In this document: in pieces, positions 31,729-41,695 of the stretch | Position numbering within the stretch: position 1 is the stretch's first letter | Layout of the letters: every line of letters begins with the position of its first letter | From: Escherichia coli | Lineage (GTDB): Bacteria > Pseudomonadota > Gammaproteobacteria > Enterobacterales > Enterobacteriaceae | Length of the DNA: 64,000 bases | Strand: one strand, 5' to 3' | Assembly (NCBI RefSeq): GCF_003991155.1 | Contig: NZ_CP031293.1 | Notes under the pieces: generated by a model | The model's input: the letters and a program-made list of their open reading frames with translations, nothing else | Database searches by the model: none | Told to the model about the DNA's origin: nothing | Program-made: the position numbers and the translations under genes

Positions 31729-32053
31729 TACCAGTCCTATGACTCAATGAAATCCATTGATTTATCGAATATAAAATCACCGTATGGATAACTATTGTCC
31801 ACGTTGAAAGGCTGGCTGCAATGTTTTGTTCACGCTTCGATACAAATACTCAGGTTATACGGAGTTCAGAAAACGACCATATCATGTTGCATGGCACATA
31901 AAAGCTTTATAACCGAAGCAGCAAAGGATTACCGGCTGCGCAGCACGCCCCGAAAGCCCGTGAGCCCTGCTGGACAGCGTTCAGTGCAATATTGGAGCCT
32001 GTAAGTTCAGAAAATATCGCTGTCGAAGATGGTTCTGTATGTAGGCGCGCCAG

Positions 32054-32431
32054 CTATCGTTTTGTCCGATGCTTGCGAATAAAAGCATTCAAAATGTCGC
32101 CTTCACCATGCATGACAGAAAAAGAATATTCACATTCTTTCTTTATCAAGATTCCACATAATTCCTGGTGCAAATCAACATTAACTCCCTTTCCTTTCTG
32201 CGCTTTCTTCACACCGAGCTCACATGAACTGATTAATTCAACGTTACAGGGTTTCTTCAAACAATTCACACCATCAATTAAGCCATGGAGAATGCATCTA
32301 TTTGCGGTCGTATCACTGTAGGAGAAAGTCAGATATTTTATTTTTCCTTCGCATTCCAGCACAATTTCCGCCGAACCTTCACGTGTTGCAGCATCACAAC
32401 CTCCTGTTGAATATATTTTTACCATCTTCAT
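32054..32431 (-). CDS. small RNase HI-like protein (125 aa) lacking the catalytic acidic residues
   Basis: Alignable by eye with E. coli RNase HI (VKIYSTGGC vs VEIFTDGSC; TTANR vs TTNNR; NVDLHQEL vs NVDLWQRL) but D10, E48, D70 positions are T, I, S/C; good SD (AAGGGG) before ATG. Confidence 0.6.
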   Translation of the reverse strand: MKMVKIYSTGGCDAATREGSAEIVLECEGKIKYLTFSYSDTTANRCILHGLIDGVNCLKKPCNVELISSCELGVKKAQKGKGVNVDLHQELCGILIKKECEYSFSVMHGEGDILNAFIRKHRTKR

Positions 32432-32499
32432 TTTGTAACTTTCCCCTTACCAAACGAATCGCGACATCCTATATCAAAGGCATTCTCGTCAAAACTTAA

Positions 32500-33279
32500 T
32501 TATCTCAGTAAATTCTTCCGATGCCACTCCAGATAACAATACGATTCAACAGAAAACGCCTTTATTTTCTCCGGCAACAAACATTGCTCTTTAACGCTAA
32601 TATCCAGCGCCTTACTAATTAATAAATGCCCATCGTTCTCAAACGAAATCCATCCCTGATCGAATAGAATATCAATATGCGCAGCCAATATAATTCCATT
32701 AAAAGGATCAAGACGTTCATTTCCATTCTCGCAGGCAGCCCACGGCTTTATATGGCTGGCACGCAGTAAAGGTGCAAAAGTCGTTCCCGTAACAGGGCAT
32801 GCCGGATACAACATGAGACAATTTTTCCGAAAGGTACCTTGCCCCAGCCGTGCCGCAATCAGCTGCTCGCGTACGGTATCTTCAATACTTTTATCCTGCT
32901 GAATAGCAAGACAGTCTCGTTGTGCCTGTTCATCTCCAGCAGAAGATATTAACGAAAGAACGCGCTGCTCAATCGCACTGTCTGAAAGCACACTCATTCG
33001 CTGATACACACGCTGCGCTGAATGAGAAAGCGCAGCAGGAGCGCCCTGCTCGTCAAGCCAGCCGACACGTACATCACTAAGCCAGGAATCAAAACGGTCA
33101 CGACTATTTTTCAGACTATTGTGAAACTCACTGGCAGTTTTGCCCGCTCCAAATCGAGGATAAAACAAGGCAAAAGCCTCTTTCCATTTCTGAACACCCA
33201 GTCCTGCGGGTGGTTGAGATTTTCCGTACTTCGACAAATACCACGCCACTTCAAGCAAATCGTCTTCAGAGCTATTCAA
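32500..33279 (-). CDS. HNH-family endonuclease with uncharacterised N-terminal domain (259 aa)
   Basis: C-terminal HNH-like motif ...ASHIKPWAACENGNERLDPFNGIILAAHIDILFDQGWISF; TTG start (first in-frame ATG is ~100 codons in). Confidence 0.6.
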   Translation of the reverse strand: MNSSEDDLLEVAWYLSKYGKSQPPAGLGVQKWKEAFALFYPRFGAGKTASEFHNSLKNSRDRFDSWLSDVRVGWLDEQGAPAALSHSAQRVYQRMSVLSDSAIEQRVLSLISSAGDEQAQRDCLAIQQDKSIEDTVREQLIAARLGQGTFRKNCLMLYPACPVTGTTFAPLLRASHIKPWAACENGNERLDPFNGIILAAHIDILFDQGWISFENDGHLLISKALDISVKEQCLLPEKIKAFSVESYCYLEWHRKNLLR

Positions 33280-33621
33280 TATTACGTCCTGTTTTTGCAG
33301 AGTAAATTATCACCAGATTATATCTGAAAAGATCGTTTACTAAACTGATCTGCTTACCTGCAAAACGGTACTGCAAACGCTAATACTCAGAACCATTAAG
33401 AGGAACAAGCAGGTGCATTCCGCTGCCATCGGTCAGTTTGTATTGCTTATCCCCTGCCTCTAGGTACAAGCATTTTCGAAACGGAAATACCATCATCTGT
33501 TGGTAGATGTACGTTGAAGTTGGTTCGCCTTGAGAGAGTTAATATAGCGGGAATGATAGGTAAATACTGGATTCCAGGCACAAAAAAAGCCGCCCTTGAG
33601 CGACTCGATTTGCATACGATG

Positions 33622-33706
33622 TGGTGCCGAAGGCCGGACTCGAACCGGCACGTATTTCTACGGTTGATTTTGAATCAACTGCGTCTACCGATTTCGCCAC
33701 TTCGGC
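33622..33706 (-). tRNA. leuX: tRNA-Leu (CAA anticodon), 85 nt
   Basis: Reverse complement folds as cloverleaf: acceptor GCCGAAG.../...CTTCGGCACCA, anticodon loop with CAA, long variable arm; adjacent to ahr as in K-12. Confidence 0.95.
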
Positions 33707-33901
33707 ACTGAAGAGGTATGCGGAAAACGTTGTGGATTATACCTGTCGCACGCCACCATGCAAGCGCCAGCTTGCTCGCACCTCGCTAAGTGCTGAAATT
33801 TTCAGCATTGCATACAGCGATGTGTAACCTTTGTCACACTCCAGGCACCCCGCCCTGCCATGCTCTACACTTCCCAGACAACACCCGAGAAGGACCAAAA
33901 A

Positions 33902-34921
33902 ATGTCGATGATAAAAAGCTATGCCGCAAAAGAAGCGGGCGGCGAACTGGAAGTTTATGAGTACGATCCCGGTGAGCTGAAGCCACAAGATGTTGAAGTG
34001 CAGGTGGATTACTGCGGGATCTGTCATTCCGATCTGTCAATGATCGATAACGAATGGGGATTTTCACAATATCCGCTGGTTGCCGGGCATGAGGTGATTG
34101 GGCGCGTGGTGGCGCTCGGGAGCGCCGCGCAGGATAAAGGTTTGCAGGTCGGTCAGCGTGTCGGGATTGGCTGGACGGCGCGTAGCTGTGGTCACTGCGA
34201 CGCCTGTATTAGCGGTAATCAGATCAACTGCGAGCAAGGTGCGGTGCCGACGATTATGAATCGCGGTGGCTTTGCCGAGAAGTTGCGTGCGGACTGGCAA
34301 TGGGTGATTCCACTGCCAGAAAATATTGATATCGAGTCCGCCGGGCCGCTGTTGTGCGGCGGTATCACGGTCTTTAAACCACTGTTGATGCACCATATCA
34401 CTGCTACCAGCCGCGTTGGGGTAATTGGTATTGGCGGGCTGGGGCATATCGCTATAAAACTTCTGCACGCAATGGGATGCGAGGTGACAGCCTTTAGTTC
34501 GAATCCTGCGAAAGAGCAGGAAGTACTGGCGATGGGTGCCGATAAAGTGGTGAATAGCCGCGATCCGCAGGCACTGAAAACACTTGCGGGGCAGTTCGAT
34601 CTCATTATCAACACCGTCAACGTCAGCCTCGACTGGCAGCCTTATTTTGAGGCGCTGACGTATGGCGGTAATTTCCACACCGTCGGTGCGGTCCTCACGC
34701 CGCTGTCTGTTCCGGCCTTTACGTTAATTGCGGGCGACCGCAGCGTCTCTGGTTCAGCAACCGGCACACCTTATGAGCTTCGTAAGCTGATGCGCTTTGC
34801 GGCCCGCAGCAAGGTTGCGCCGACCACCGAACTGTTCCCGATGTCGAAAATAAACGACGCCATCCAGCATGTGCGCAACGGTAAGGCGCGTTACCGCGTG
34901 GTTCTGAAAGCCGATTTTTGA
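33902..34921 (+). CDS. ahr: NADPH-dependent aldehyde reductase Ahr (YjgB), zinc alcohol dehydrogenase family
   Basis: ORF 33860..34921 trimmed to [18 protein letters not shown] and CGICHSD zinc-binding motifs, GIGGLGH Rossmann motif. Confidence 0.9.
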   Translation: MSMIKSYAAKEAGGELEVYEYDPGELKPQDVEVQVDYCGICHSDLSMIDNEWGFSQYPLVAGHEVIGRVVALGSAAQDKGLQVGQRVGIGWTARSCGHCDACISGNQINCEQGAVPTIMNRGGFAEKLRADWQWVIPLPENIDIESAGPLLCGGITVFKPLLMHHITATSRVGVIGIGGLGHIAIKLLHAMGCEVTAFSSNPAKEQEVLAMGADKVVNSRDPQALKTLAGQFDLIINTVNVSLDWQPYFEALTYGGNFHTVGAVLTPLSVPAFTLIAGDRSVSGSATGTPYELRKLMRFAARSKVAPTTELFPMSKINDAIQHVRNGKARYRVVLKADF

Positions 34922-34924
34922 AAA

Positions 34925-35488
34925 TCATTCGCAGCGCTGATCTGAGGCGCTGCCCCCTTTCGCACATATTCTGTCTTGTCGTATCGCCAGCACGGCCTGC
35001 CGACATTGTTCGGTGACATTGGCAATATCATGGTTGATATCAATGCGCACAATATCCTGTTCATCTGCTTGTGGACGCTCCAGCGCCTCAAACTGACTTT
35101 TTAGTAACGCTACCGGCATAAAATGCCCAGCCCGCCGCTGCATTCGCGCGAGAATAGTTTCATAGTCGCCATCTAACCAGAGGAAATGAACATGGGGGCT
35201 ACCCTTGCGTAAAATATCACGATACTGTTTTTTTAATGATGAACAGACAATAAATCCTGTTTCATTCTTTTTATAAAGACTGTATGAAGCATCATTTAAG
35301 CGTTCCAGCCAGGGAAGTCGATCTTCATCAGATAATGGAATACCCTGCGACATTTTATCTATATTTTTGGCTGGATGAAGATCGTCACCATCAATAAATT
35401 TAGCAGATAATAACGTGGCAACCTTGCTACCAATTAATGTTTTACCACTCCCTGAAACGCCCATCAAAATAAAGCTTTCACCCGCCAT
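34925..35488 (-). CDS. idnK: gluconokinase (thermosensitive, IdnK)
   Basis: 187 aa; P-loop GVSGSGKT; divergent from idnD. Confidence 0.9.
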   Translation of the reverse strand: MAGESFILMGVSGSGKTLIGSKVATLLSAKFIDGDDLHPAKNIDKMSQGIPLSDEDRLPWLERLNDASYSLYKKNETGFIVCSSLKKQYRDILRKGSPHVHFLWLDGDYETILARMQRRAGHFMPVALLKSQFEALERPQADEQDIVRIDINHDIANVTEQCRQAVLAIRQDRICAKGGSASDQRCE

Positions 35489-35589
35489 TTAAAATCTCCT
35501 GAATCATCTTACCTGCTGCGATACTACGCCTGGTGGCATAATAATTTCACGTTTTTTTATTTCTGCTGATAAGAATTACAAGGCACATC

Positions 35590-35620
35590 ACGTTATGCGT
35601 AACATAATAATGTAACAATT
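35590..35620. promoter_or_regulatory. putative LacI-family (IdnR/GntR) operator in the idnK-idnD divergent promoter region
   Basis: Near-palindromic GTTATGCGTAAC and repeat TGTAACA seen in the 216-bp divergent intergenic region. Confidence 0.35.
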
Positions 35621-35704
35621 TTCTGACGTGATCTTCATCACAAATAATGACAATTAAAACCGCTTAAATGCTTCCGAGGTGTCTACCTGACCAGTGAGGA
35701 ATTT

Positions 35705-36736
35705 ATGCAAGTGAAAACACAGTCCTGCGTTGTTGCGGGCAAGAAAACTGTTGCCGTTACCGAGCAGACGATAGATTGGAATAATAATGGAACATTAGTA
35801 CAAATAACCCGAGGTGGAATTTGCGGTTCCGATTTACATTATTATCAGGAAGGAAAAGTAGGTAATTTCATGATAAAGGCACCGATGGTGTTAGGTCATG
35901 AAGTTATCGGTAAAGTTATTCATAGCGACTCATCAGAATTACATGAAGGGCAAACGGTAGCCATTAATCCGTCTAAACCGTGCGGTCACTGCAAATACTG
36001 CATTGAACATAACGAGAATCAGTGTACAGATATGCGTTTTTTTGGCAGTGCCATGTATTTCCCTCATGTTGATGGTGGTTTTACCCGTTATAAAATGGTC
36101 GAAACGTCGCAATGTGCCCCTTATCCGGCCAAAGCTGACGAAAAGGTTATGGCTTTTGCCGAACCTTTAGCCGTCGCGATTCATGCCGCACATCAGGCCG
36201 GCGAGTTACAGGGCAAGCGAGTATTTATTTCCGGTGTTGGGCCCATTGGCTGCCTGATTGTCAGTGCAGTGAAAACACTGGGGGCCGCGGAAATTGTCTG
36301 TGCTGATGTGAGTCCCCGTTCCCTTTTGCTGGCCAAAGAGATGGGGGCGGATGTGCTCGTAAACCCACAAAACGACGATATGGATCACTGGAAAGCGGAA
36401 AAAGGCTATTTCGATGTCAGCTTTGAAGTGTCCGGTCATCCTTCATCAGTGAATACCTGTCTGGAGGTCACTCGTGCACGCGGCGTAATGGTGCAGGTAG
36501 GGATGGGAGGCGCGATGGCAGAATTCCCAATGATGACGTTGATTGGTAAGGAGATTTCACTCAAAGGCTCTTTCCGTTTTACCAGCGAATTTAATACCGC
36601 AGTGTCATGGCTGGCGAATGGCGTTATCAATCCACTGCCTTTACTGAGTGCTGAATATCTCTTCACTGACCTGGAAGAGGCGCTACGTTTCGCCGGTGAT
36701 AAAACCCAGGCAGCAAAAGTCCAGCTTGTTTTCTAA
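35705..36736 (+). CDS. idnD: L-idonate 5-dehydrogenase
   Basis: 343 aa zinc-dependent MDR dehydrogenase (GICGSDLHYY, GHEVIG); operon position. Confidence 0.9.
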   Translation: MQVKTQSCVVAGKKTVAVTEQTIDWNNNGTLVQITRGGICGSDLHYYQEGKVGNFMIKAPMVLGHEVIGKVIHSDSSELHEGQTVAINPSKPCGHCKYCIEHNENQCTDMRFFGSAMYFPHVDGGFTRYKMVETSQCAPYPAKADEKVMAFAEPLAVAIHAAHQAGELQGKRVFISGVGPIGCLIVSAVKTLGAAEIVCADVSPRSLLLAKEMGADVLVNPQNDDMDHWKAEKGYFDVSFEVSGHPSSVNTCLEVTRARGVMVQVGMGGAMAEFPMMTLIGKEISLKGSFRFTSEFNTAVSWLANGVINPLPLLSAEYLFTDLEEALRFAGDKTQAAKVQLVF

Positions 36737-36759
36737 GAGATAAATAAAGGAATAATACA

Positions 36760-37524
36760 ATGAACGATCTATTTTCACTGGCAGGAAAAAATATCTTGAT
36801 TACCGGTTCAGCACAGGGCATTGGCTATTTACTGGCAACCGGCCTGGGTAAATATGGCGCACAAATAATTATTAATGATATTACTGCCGAACGCGCAGAA
36901 CTTGCTGTAGAAAAACTCCACCAGGAGGGTATTCAGGCCGTTGCCGCACCTTTTAATGTTACTCATAAACATGAAATTGATGCCGCCGTTGAACATATCG
37001 AAAAGGACATCGGCCCCATTGATGTGCTGGTGAATAACGCCGGTATCCAGCGCCGTCATCCTTTTACTGAGTTCCCTGAACAAGAGTGGAATGATGTGAT
37101 CGCAGTAAACCAGACCGCCGTGTTCCTGGTGTCGCAAGCGGTAACTCGTCACATGGTTGAACGCAAGGCGGGTAAAGTTATTAATATTTGCTCGATGCAA
37201 AGCGAACTGGGACGTGACACCATCACCCCTTATGCCGCATCGAAAGGAGCGGTAAAAATGCTCACCCGCGGCATGTGCGTCGAGCTGGCGCGCCACAATA
37301 TTCAGGTCAACGGTATTGCGCCGGGCTATTTCAAAACAGAAATGACTAAAGCACTGGTTGAGGACGAAGCCTTCACCGCCTGGTTGTGCAAACGGACCCC
37401 CGCCGCACGCTGGGGCGATCCGCAGGAACTGATTGGTGCTGCGGTGTTCCTTTCTTCAAAAGCCTCTGATTTCGTAAACGGCCACCTGTTGTTTGTTGAT
37501 GGCGGCATGTTAGTGGCTGTTTAA
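36760..37524 (+). CDS. idnO: 5-keto-D-gluconate 5-reductase (SDR family)
   Basis: 254 aa; TGSAQGIG Rossmann motif, catalytic YAASK. Confidence 0.9.
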   Translation: MNDLFSLAGKNILITGSAQGIGYLLATGLGKYGAQIIINDITAERAELAVEKLHQEGIQAVAAPFNVTHKHEIDAAVEHIEKDIGPIDVLVNNAGIQRRHPFTEFPEQEWNDVIAVNQTAVFLVSQAVTRHMVERKAGKVINICSMQSELGRDTITPYAASKGAVKMLTRGMCVELARHNIQVNGIAPGYFKTEMTKALVEDEAFTAWLCKRTPAARWGDPQELIGAAVFLSSKASDFVNGHLLFVDGGMLVAV

Positions 37525-37588
37525 CAGCCACCACCCTACGTGCAGCGCGAAAGCGCTGCTTTTCTGGCACTAATAAGAGATAAAGACT

Positions 37589-38908
37589 ATGCCATTAATC
37601 ATTATTGCGGCAGGCGTCGCGCTGCTTCTTATCCTGATGATCGGCTTTAAAGTTAACGGCTTTATTGCCCTCGTTCTGGTCGCTGCCGTCGTCGGATTTG
37701 CCGAAGGGATGGATGCACAGGCCGTCCTGCACTCTATACAAAATGGTATCGGCAGCACGCTCGGCGGGCTGGCAATGATCCTCGGTTTCGGGGCCATGTT
37801 AGGCAAGCTGATTTCTGATACGGGCGCGGCACAACGTATCGCCACTACGCTGATTGCTACTTTTGGTAAAAAACGCGTGCAATGGGCGCTAGTGATCACC
37901 GGTCTGGTTGTGGGCCTCGCCATGTTTTTTGAAGTGGGTTTTGTCCTGCTGCTGCCGTTGGTATTTACCATCGTGGCATCATCTGGATTACCCCTGTTGT
38001 ATGTTGGCGTACCGATGGTAGCAGCGCTCTCTGTAACCCACTGTTTTCTGCCGCCACATCCAGGGCCTACTGCCATCGCGACTATCTTTGAGGCTAATCT
38101 CGGAACGACTTTACTGTATGGATTTATCATTACCATTCCGACAGTTATTGTCGCAGGACCGCTGTTTTCTAAACTGCTAACTCGCTTTGAGAAAGCACCA
38201 CCGGAAGGCTTATTTAATCCTCATCTGTTTAGCGAAGAGGAGATGCCCTCCTTCTGGAACAGTATTTTCGCTGCCGTGATCCCGGTCATCCTGATGGCTA
38301 TCGCCGCCGTTTGTGAAATTACGTTACCGAAAACTAACACCGTGCGCCTCTTCTTTGAATTTGTCGGTAACCCTGCCGTTGCGCTGTTTATTGCCATTGT
38401 TATTGCGATTTTCACACTGGGCCGACGTAATGGACGCACCATCGAGCAAATCATGGATATCATTGGGGATTCTATAGGCGCTATCGCGATGATTGTGTTT
38501 ATTATCGCTGGCGGCGGCGCGTTTAAGCAGGTATTAGTAGATAGCGGTGTCGGGCAGTATATTTCACACTTAATGACCGGAACTACACTTTCGCCGTTAT
38601 TGATGTGCTGGACTGTTGCGGCGCTGTTGCGTATCGCTCTGGGCTCTGCCACAGTCGCGGCCATTACCACCGCGGGTGTGGTGTTGCCGATTATCAACGT
38701 TACCCATGCCGATCCCGCTTTAATGGTACTGGCAACCGGTGCGGGCAGCGTGATCGCGTCACACGTAAACGACCCTGGCTTCTGGCTATTTAAAGGGTAT
38801 TTTAATCTGACGGTTGGTGAAACGTTGCGTACCTGGACGGTGATGGAAACCCTTATTTCTATTATGGGTTTGCTGGGCGTGTTAGCCATTAACGCCGTAT
38901 TGCACTGA
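37589..38908 (+). CDS. idnT: L-idonate/5-ketogluconate/gluconate transporter (GntP family)
   Basis: 439-aa polytopic membrane protein, paralogue of the gntP fragment at 1..483. Confidence 0.9.
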   Translation: MPLIIIAAGVALLLILMIGFKVNGFIALVLVAAVVGFAEGMDAQAVLHSIQNGIGSTLGGLAMILGFGAMLGKLISDTGAAQRIATTLIATFGKKRVQWALVITGLVVGLAMFFEVGFVLLLPLVFTIVASSGLPLLYVGVPMVAALSVTHCFLPPHPGPTAIATIFEANLGTTLLYGFIITIPTVIVAGPLFSKLLTRFEKAPPEGLFNPHLFSEEEMPSFWNSIFAAVIPVILMAIAAVCEITLPKTNTVRLFFEFVGNPAVALFIAIVIAIFTLGRRNGRTIEQIMDIIGDSIGAIAMIVFIIAGGGAFKQVLVDSGVGQYISHLMTGTTLSPLLMCWTVAALLRIALGSATVAAITTAGVVLPIINVTHADPALMVLATGAGSVIASHVNDPGFWLFKGYFNLTVGETLRTWTVMETLISIMGLLGVLAINAVLH

Positions 38909-38974
38909 AAGAATAAAATATTGTGATGTAGTTTCGGGGGAAGATTGAAGATTCCCCCGACGTTGGGAGAAGTT

Positions 38975-39973
38975 ATGCGCAATCACAGAATTTCTTTACA
39001 GGATATCGCTACGCTGGCTGGCGTAACAAAAATGACCGTGAGTCGTTATATCCGCTCGCCGAAAAAGGTGGCAAAGGAAACAGGCGAGCGCATCGCCAAA
39101 ATTATGGAAGAGATCAATTATATCCCTAATCGCGCTCCCGGCATGTTGTTGAATGCACAAAGTTATACCCTCGGTATCTTGATTCCGTCATTTCAAAATC
39201 AACTCTTCGCTGACATTCTCGCGGGAATAGAATCCGTCACCTCTGAGCATAATTATCAGACCCTTATTGCTAATTACAATTACGATCGCGATTCCGAAGA
39301 AGAGTCGGTGATTAACCTGCTCTCTTATAACATTGACGGGATTATACTTTCGGAAAAATATCACACCATCAGGACGGTGAAATTTCTGCGTTCAGCCACC
39401 ATTCCGGTCGTGGAATTGATGGATGTACAGGGAGAACGGCTGGATATGGAGGTCGGTTTTGATAATCGGCAGGCCGCTTTTGACATGGTGTGTACCATGC
39501 TGGAGAAGCGAGTCAGGCACAAAATTCTGTATCTCGGTTCCAAAGATGACACCCGCGATGAACAGCGTTATCAGGGGTATTGCGATGCGATGATGCTGCA
39601 TAATCTTTCCCCATTACGCATGAATCCACGCGCCATCTCATCCATTCATTTAGGAATGCAGTTAATGCGTGATGCCCTTAGCGCAAACCCGGATTTAGAC
39701 GGTGTATTTTGCACCAATGACGATATTGCGATGGGTGCGCTTCTGCTGTGCCGCGAGCGAAACCTCGCCGTGCCAGAACAAATTTCCATTGCGGGTTTTC
39801 ATGGGCTGGAGATTGGCAGGCAAATGATCCCAAGCCTCGCCAGCGTAATTACTCCCCGTTTTGATATTGGTCGGATGGCCGCCCAAATGTTGCTGAGCAA
39901 AATTAAGAATAACGATCACAACCACAACACTGTTGACCTCGGGTATCAGATTTATCACGGTAACACGCTTTAG
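38975..39973 (+). CDS. idnR: LacI-family transcriptional regulator IdnR
   Basis: ORF 38945..39973 trimmed to [26 protein letters not shown] (HTH); periplasmic-binding-like effector domain. Confidence 0.9.
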   Translation: MRNHRISLQDIATLAGVTKMTVSRYIRSPKKVAKETGERIAKIMEEINYIPNRAPGMLLNAQSYTLGILIPSFQNQLFADILAGIESVTSEHNYQTLIANYNYDRDSEEESVINLLSYNIDGIILSEKYHTIRTVKFLRSATIPVVELMDVQGERLDMEVGFDNRQAAFDMVCTMLEKRVRHKILYLGSKDDTRDEQRYQGYCDAMMLHNLSPLRMNPRAISSIHLGMQLMRDALSANPDLDGVFCTNDDIAMGALLLCRERNLAVPEQISIAGFHGLEIGRQMIPSLASVITPRFDIGRMAAQMLLSKIKNNDHNHNTVDLGYQIYHGNTL

Positions 39974-40050
39974 GTTATTTTCTCTTCATTACACATATTC
40001 TCTTTGCCGGACGTTGCCTATACTCCAGGCAGGAAACTGGAGGAAATCTC

Positions 40051-41553
40051 ATGAGCGAACCCCTGTTAATTGCCCGCACGCCGGACACAGAACTGTTTTT
40101 ACTGCCGGGAATGGCTAACCGTCACGGGCTGATTACTGGCGCAACGGGGACGGGTAAAACTGTCACGTTGCAAAAACTGGCAGAGTCATTGTCGGAAATC
40201 GGTGTTCCGGTGTTTATGGCCGATGTGAAAGGCGATCTGACCGGCATCGCGCAGGCAGGAACGGCGTCGGAAAAACTGCTCGCAAGGCTTAAAAATATCG
40301 GCGTCAACGACTGGCAACCGCATGCCAATCCGGTGGTGGTGTGGGATATCTTTGGCGAGAAAGGCCATCCGGTGCGGGCGACGGTTTCGGATCTGGGGCC
40401 GCTGTTGCTGGCACGACTGTTGAATCTCAACGATGTGCAATCTGGCGTGCTGAATATTATCTTCCGCATTGCGGACGATCAGGGATTGTTGCTGCTCGAC
40501 TTTAAAGATTTGCGGGCGATTACCCAGTACATCGGCGATAACGCCAAATCCTTCCAGAATCAGTACGGTAATATCAGTAGCGCATCGGTTGGTGCCATCC
40601 AGCGCGGGCTGTTATCGCTGGAACAGCAAGGCGCGGCGCACTTTTTTGGTGAGCCGATGCTGGATATCAAAGACTGGATGCGTACCGATGCCAACGGTAA
40701 AGGCGTTATCAATATCCTCAGCGCCGAGAAGCTTTATCAGATGCCGAAACTGTACGCCGCCAGCCTGCTGTGGATGCTTTCAGAATTGTATGAACAATTG
40801 CCTGAAGCGGGCGATCTGGAGAAACCAAAACTGGTGTTTTTCTTCGACGAGGCACATCTGCTGTTTAACGATGCACCGCAGGTACTGCTGGATAAGATTG
40901 AGCAGGTGATAAGGCTTATTCGCTCAAAAGGCGTGGGCGTCTGGTTCGTTTCGCAAAACCCGTCTGATATTCCGGATAATGTGCTCGGGCAGCTAGGTAA
41001 TCGCGTTCAGCACGCTTTGCGGGCTTTTACGCCAAAAGATCAGAAAGCAGTGAAGGCAGCGGCGCAAACCATGCGGGCCAATCCGGCATTTGATACCGAA
41101 AAGGCAATCCAGGAACTGGGGACCGGCGAGGCGTTAATCTCGTTTCTCGATGCAAAAGGAAGTCCTTCTGTGGTGGAACGGGCGATGGTGATCGCACCTT
41201 GTTCGCGAATGGGGCCGGTGACGGAAGATGAGCGTAATGGCCTGATTAATCACTCCCCGGTGTATGGCAAATATGAAGATGAGGTGGACCGCGAGTCCGC
41301 CTATGAGATGCTGCAAAAAGGCTTTCAGGCCAGTACCGAGCAGCAAAATAATCCCCCCGTGAAAGGGAAAGAGGTGGCGGTGGATGACGGTATTCTTGGT
41401 GGATTGAAGGATATTTTGTTTGGCACTACCGGACCACGCGGCGGGAAGAAAGATGGTGTGGTGCAAACAATGGCGAAAAGCGCCGCTCGCCAGGTGACGA
41501 ATCAGATTGTACGCGGGATGTTGGGGAGTTTGCTGGGGGGGAGAAAAAGGTAA
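40051..41553 (+). CDS. yjgR: DUF853-family P-loop NTPase YjgR
   Basis: 500 aa; Walker A GATGTGKT; synteny. Confidence 0.85.
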   Translation: MSEPLLIARTPDTELFLLPGMANRHGLITGATGTGKTVTLQKLAESLSEIGVPVFMADVKGDLTGIAQAGTASEKLLARLKNIGVNDWQPHANPVVVWDIFGEKGHPVRATVSDLGPLLLARLLNLNDVQSGVLNIIFRIADDQGLLLLDFKDLRAITQYIGDNAKSFQNQYGNISSASVGAIQRGLLSLEQQGAAHFFGEPMLDIKDWMRTDANGKGVINILSAEKLYQMPKLYAASLLWMLSELYEQLPEAGDLEKPKLVFFFDEAHLLFNDAPQVLLDKIEQVIRLIRSKGVGVWFVSQNPSDIPDNVLGQLGNRVQHALRAFTPKDQKAVKAAAQTMRANPAFDTEKAIQELGTGEALISFLDAKGSPSVVERAMVIAPCSRMGPVTEDERNGLINHSPVYGKYEDEVDRESAYEMLQKGFQASTEQQNNPPVKGKEVAVDDGILGGLKDILFGTTGPRGGKKDGVVQTMAKSAARQVTNQIVRGMLGSLLGGRKR

Positions 41554-41564
41554 GTCAGACGTGA

Positions 41565-41650
41565 TCTGTGCCCCTCACCCTAACCCTAACCCTAACCCTA
41601 ACCCTAACCCTCTCCCCAAAGGGGCGAGGGGACCGTTCGAACTCGTATTT
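41565..41650. repeat. REP-like element containing a (CCCTAA)5 hexanucleotide microsatellite (41578-41607)
   Basis: CCCCTCACCCTAACCCTAACCCTAACCCTAACCCTAACCCTCTCCCCAAAGGGGCGAGGGG; other copies of this element in the window (541-590, 45669-45705) carry one CCCTAA unit. Confidence 0.8.
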
Positions 41651-41695
41651 GACTTTGTCAACAATAATAAAGGGAGCTTTCGCTCCCTTGTTAGA

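Noticed and set aside
31729-32053. Small structured RNA in the GC-rich stretch upstream of the helicase-PLD gene (about 31930-31980)
   Set aside because: Complementary segments are short and imperfect when checked base by base; more likely promoter/5'UTR sequence
33280-33621. Integrase or attachment-site repeat next to leuX marking a mobile island
   Set aside because: No tyrosine-recombinase ORF between the tRNA and the HNH gene, and no obvious direct repeat of the leuX 3' end was seen at the other island edge; the island is therefore annotated as accessory DNA, not a mobile element
34064-34678. 204-aa minus-strand ORF antisense to ahr
   Set aside because: Antisense shadow ORF within a conserved dehydrogenase gene
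37570-38136. 188-aa minus-strand ORF antisense to idnT (also 38221..38982)
   Set aside because: Antisense to an intact GntP-family transporter; Pro/Ala/Thr-rich translation typical of GC-rich antisense frames
41578-41607. Possible CRISPR array suggested by short perfect repeats
   Set aside because: The units are 6 bp with no spacers; this is a hexanucleotide microsatellite within a REP element. No CRISPR repeats or cas genes found anywhere in the window
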